Of a stretch of 64,000 nucleotides of DNA, positions 61,062 to 64,000 are shown one piece after another. The notes under the pieces are model-generated. The model had not been told where the DNA came from. It ran no database searches and was given only the letters and a program-made list of their open reading frames with translations. How positions within the stretch are numbered: position 1 is the stretch's first letter; each line of letters begins with the position of its first letter. Origin of the DNA: an uncultured Rhizobiaceae group bacterium (GTDB lineage: Bacteria > Pseudomonadota > Alphaproteobacteria > Rhizobiales > Rhizobiaceae); NCBI GenBank assembly GCA_937930635.1, contig CALHCF010000009.1, positions 68,702-132,701 on the forward strand, given 5' to 3'. Position numbers and translations under genes: made by a program.

Positions 61062-61759
61062 TCTTCCGAGTCCAGCGCATAGCCTGCACCCCGTACGGTG
61101 CGAATGAGATTGCGGGCGCCGCCGGCGTTCAGCACTTTGCGCAGCCGGCCCACATGGACATCCACAGTACGCAGATCGACATCTGCATCGCGTCCCCAGA
61201 CCCTGTCCAGCAGGCTGTCGCGGCTCCAGACGCGTTTGGGCCGTTCCAGAAGCACCGTCAGCAGACGATATTCTGTGGGGCCAAGTTTTAGTGGTTTACC
61301 GTTGCGGGTTGCCCGGTGTTGCTCGCTGTCCAGCACAATATCTTCGAAATTCATGGTTTTGCCAGTCGCCGATGGCCGCGAATGGCGCAGCCGGGCGCGT
61401 ATGCGAGCGATAAGCTCGCCAACCCCGTAGGGTTTGACGACATAATCCTCTGCCCCGGTCTCAAGGCCTCTGACACGGTCTGCCTCTTCGCCACGGGCCG
61501 TCAGCATCACAACCGGGATGGCAGCAGTTTCCTCAGCCGCCTTTAGCCGCCGGCACACTTCGATCCCGGAAAGCGAGGGGAGCATCCAGTCCAGAATAAT
61601 CGCATCGGGATGTTCTTCCTGTGTTACCAGCAGCGCCTCTTCACCATCTTGCGCGGTGACAACCCGGTAACCTTCACCCTCAAGATTATAGCGCAACATC
61701 TCAAGCTGAGCGGTTTCATCTTCAACGATCAGGATAGTTGCGGTTTCGGTGGAAGCCAT
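61058..61759 (-). CDS. phoB: Phosphate regulon response regulator
   Basis: ILDWMLPSLSG, LTARGEE.DRVRGL, LGPTEYRLL, RTVDVHVGRLRK; follows phoU. Confidence 0.95.
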   Translation of the reverse strand: MASTETATILIVEDETAQLEMLRYNLEGEGYRVVTAQDGEEALLVTQEEHPDAIILDWMLPSLSGIEVCRRLKAAEETAAIPVVMLTARGEEADRVRGLETGAEDYVVKPYGVGELIARIRARLRHSRPSATGKTMNFEDIVLDSEQHRATRNGKPLKLGPTEYRLLTVLLERPKRVWSRDSLLDRVWGRDADVDLRTVDVHVGRLRKVLNAGGARNLIRTVRGAGYALDSED

Positions 61760-61781
61760 ATCAGGTGCGGGCAAACATCTG

Positions 61782-62516
61782 TTATGTCTCGAGGTTCGGC
61801 TCGATGTGAGTGGTGCTTGTAAAATCACTCTTTGGTCGATCATCATCGGGCAATTCACCGGCGATCAGGAACCGGATTTGCTCGGCGATTGATGTGGTGT
61901 GATCCCCCATGCGTTCGATGTTCTTTGAAATGAACAGGAGGTGCATACACGGTGTGATGTTGCGCGGATCCTCAAGCATATAAGTCAGCAATGCACGAAA
62001 CAGATTGTTGTGGATCTGGTCCACTTCTTCGTCGCGCAATCGCACTTCGTCGGCACTGGCAATATCACGGGCGAGATAGGCATCCAGAACCTCTTTCACC
62101 ATTGCGCGCACCATCATGCACATGCGTTTGATCGTCTTTGCCGACGAACCGACAGGGGGGCCTTTGACAAGAACTTCCATGCGCTTGGCCAGATTCTTGG
62201 CATAGTCCCCTATCCGCTCGAGGTCAGCCGCCACCTTCAGTGCAGCCAAAACAGCACGCAGATCCTGCGCCTTGGGCTGACGCAATGCAATGATACGCAC
62301 CACGAGCATATCTATTTCCTGCTCGATGGCGTCCACCTCTTTATCCGAGGCGATCAGTCTTTGAGCCAGTTCCAGATCGCGGCTGACAATAAGCTCGGCT
62401 GCATTTTCAATTTGCTGTTCAACCAGTCCCCCCATCGTAACAACGAGGTCCTCAATCTGGCGCAGGTCCTTATCGAAAATGCTGGCAATGTGTGCTTCAG
62501 AATCCACGGCTTCCAT
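61782..62516 (-). CDS. phoU: Phosphate signalling complex protein
   Basis: MGGLVE, RQPKAQDLR, DLERIGD, NIERMGDH. Confidence 0.96.
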   Translation of the reverse strand: MEAVDSEAHIASIFDKDLRQIEDLVVTMGGLVEQQIENAAELIVSRDLELAQRLIASDKEVDAIEQEIDMLVVRIIALRQPKAQDLRAVLAALKVAADLERIGDYAKNLAKRMEVLVKGPPVGSSAKTIKRMCMMVRAMVKEVLDAYLARDIASADEVRLRDEEVDQIHNNLFRALLTYMLEDPRNITPCMHLLFISKNIERMGDHTTSIAEQIRFLIAGELPDDDRPKSDFTSTTHIEPNLET

Positions 62517-62526
62517 ATCCTGCTCC

Positions 62527-63333
62527 TTACCCGATCCGCCCGGTGATATAACTCTCGGTACGCGGGTCTTTGGGATTGGTGAAAATTTCGTCGGTAGAGC
62601 CTGTCTCAACGATATTGCCAAGATGGAAAAAGGCTGTTTCCTGGCTCACCCGGGCGGCTTGTTGCATCGAATGGGTCACAATCACGATGGTGTAATTCTG
62701 GCGCAGTTCATCGATAAGCTCTTCGACAACAGCCGTAGCGATGGGGTCAAGCGCCGAGCATGGCTCATCCATCAATATAACTTCCGGCGATACGGCGATG
62801 GCCCGGGCAATACAAAGCCGCTGCTGCTGACCACCTGAAAGGCCCGTGCCGGGTTCATCGAGACGATCCTTCACTTCTTCCCAAAGGCCCGCCCGTTTGA
62901 GACTTTTTTCAACGATCTGCGTCAACTCGGCTTTGCCACGGGCAAGCCCGTGAATGCGTGGACCGTAAGCCACGTTTTCATAAATAGATTTTGGAAACGG
63001 ATTGGGTTTCTGAAACACCATCCCGACATCTGCCCGCAAATCGACAACGTCTATCGACGGATCATAGATGTCCTCGTTATCAAGCAGTATTTCACCGGTA
63101 ACCCGGCAAATATCAATCGTGTCATTCATTCGGTTCAGACACCGAAGAAAGGTCGACTTGCCGCAACCCGATGGACCGATCAGGGCAGTGACCTGCTTAG
63201 GCTTTATGTCCAGATTGACCTCGTTCAGCGCCTGTTTTTCCGCATAGAAAACAGAGACATCGCGACACCGCATCTTGATGTTGGCTTCTTTGCCGGAGGC
63301 TTCAGCAATAATGTTATCAACCAGTGTGTCCAC
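62527..63333 (-). CDS. pstB: Phosphate ABC transporter ATP-binding protein
   Basis: [37 protein letters not shown]; GTG start after AAGGA. Confidence 0.96.
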   Translation of the reverse strand: MDTLVDNIIAEASGKEANIKMRCRDVSVFYAEKQALNEVNLDIKPKQVTALIGPSGCGKSTFLRCLNRMNDTIDICRVTGEILLDNEDIYDPSIDVVDLRADVGMVFQKPNPFPKSIYENVAYGPRIHGLARGKAELTQIVEKSLKRAGLWEEVKDRLDEPGTGLSGGQQQRLCIARAIAVSPEVILMDEPCSALDPIATAVVEELIDELRQNYTIVIVTHSMQQAARVSQETAFFHLGNIVETGSTDEIFTNPKDPRTESYITGRIG

Positions 63334-63343
63334 GTACTTATCC

Positions 63344-64000
63344 TTACCAGCGACGCTCAAACTTGCTTCTCAAAACAACTGCAAGTCCATTCATGAGAAC
63401 CAGAAATCCAAGCAATATCAAGGTGGCGGCTGCCGTCTTTTGCTGGAAACCTATCTCCGGGAAATCAGCCCACATGTAGATCTGCACCGGCAGCACCGTT
63501 GCGGGATCGCTCAGGCTACCGGGAATATCAACGATAAATGCAACCATCCCGATCATTAAAAGCGGCGCCGTTTCACCAAGGGCACGCGCCATGCCGATGA
63601 TGGAGCCGGTCAAGACCCCCGGCATCGCCAGCGGAAGAACGTGATGGAAGACTGTTTGTATCTTCGATGCCCCCACGCCCAGCGCGGCCTCACGTATAGA
63701 GGGTGGGACTGATTTAATCGCTGCCCGCGAAGCAATGATCATGGTGGGCAAGGTCATCAGCGCCAGCACCATGCCGCCGGTAAGCGCGGCTGAGCGGGGA
63801 GAACCACCGCCCAGTGTAAACCAGCCAAAGTCCACGCCATTGATAAAAATCCCCAGCCCCAGCAATCCAAACACGATGGAAGGGACTGCCGCCAGGTTGT
63901 TGATGTTGACCTCAATCAAATCGGTAAGTCGGTTTTTTGGCGCAAATTCCTCAAGATAGATTGCGCCGGCAACACCCACCGGAAAGGACAAGGCAAGCGT
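63344..64000 (-). CDS. pstA: Phosphate ABC transporter permease (partial; 5' end outside the window)
   Basis: [30 protein letters not shown]. Confidence 0.94.
   Translation of the reverse strand, partial: TLALSFPVGVAGAIYLEEFAPKNRLTDLIEVNINNLAAVPSIVFGLLGLGIFINGVDFGWFTLGGGSPRSAALTGGMVLALMTLPTMIIASRAAIKSVPPSIREAALGVGASKIQTVFHHVLPLAMPGVLTGSIIGMARALGETAPLLMIGMVAFIVDIPGSLSDPATVLPVQIYMWADFPEIGFQQKTAAATLILLGFLVLMNGLAVVLRSKFERRW

Overview
Chromosomal segment of about 55% GC (estimated by eye), from an alphaproteobacterium that looks Rhizobiales/Hyphomicrobiales-like and probably marine. I found no phage, IS element, integrase or CRISPR array. The left end holds housekeeping genes: a partial secreted caspase-family protein, RsmB-type methyltransferase, MAPEG protein, guaB, rlmE, ppx and tRNA-Gln(CTG). 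About 53 kb of catabolic and accessory genes follow: a type II FMO; a small secreted protein built from KHRGxR hexapeptide repeats; a sterol-desaturase-family diiron enzyme divergent from tauABC, with TauR-like boxes between them and an Ig/cadherin-like insert in TauC; an orphan LacI regulator; a candidate sRNA; the slcC/comC sulfolactate pair; and puuD-uraH/allE urate genes. A mostly minus-strand aromatic block of about 22 kb comes next: Liv-type ABC plus esterase, FAD monooxygenase, crotonase, TIGR03084 protein, acyl-CoA ligase, pobA, a self-sufficient B12 reductive dehalogenase, selO, paaK, a divergent hemC and kynU. The window ends with xylAB, a second Liv-type ABC, glpD, a cytochrome b561-YceI fusion, ggt, a HisD paralog with altered zinc ligands, and pstA-pstB-phoU-phoB. 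The best leads are the dehalogenase-pobA-selO-paaK-hemC unit, the cationic His-rich repeat protein, the permuted Ig-like insert in TauC, the multi-hairpin sRNA candidate and the HisD paralog. All calls come from motif recognition by eye; no database searches were run.
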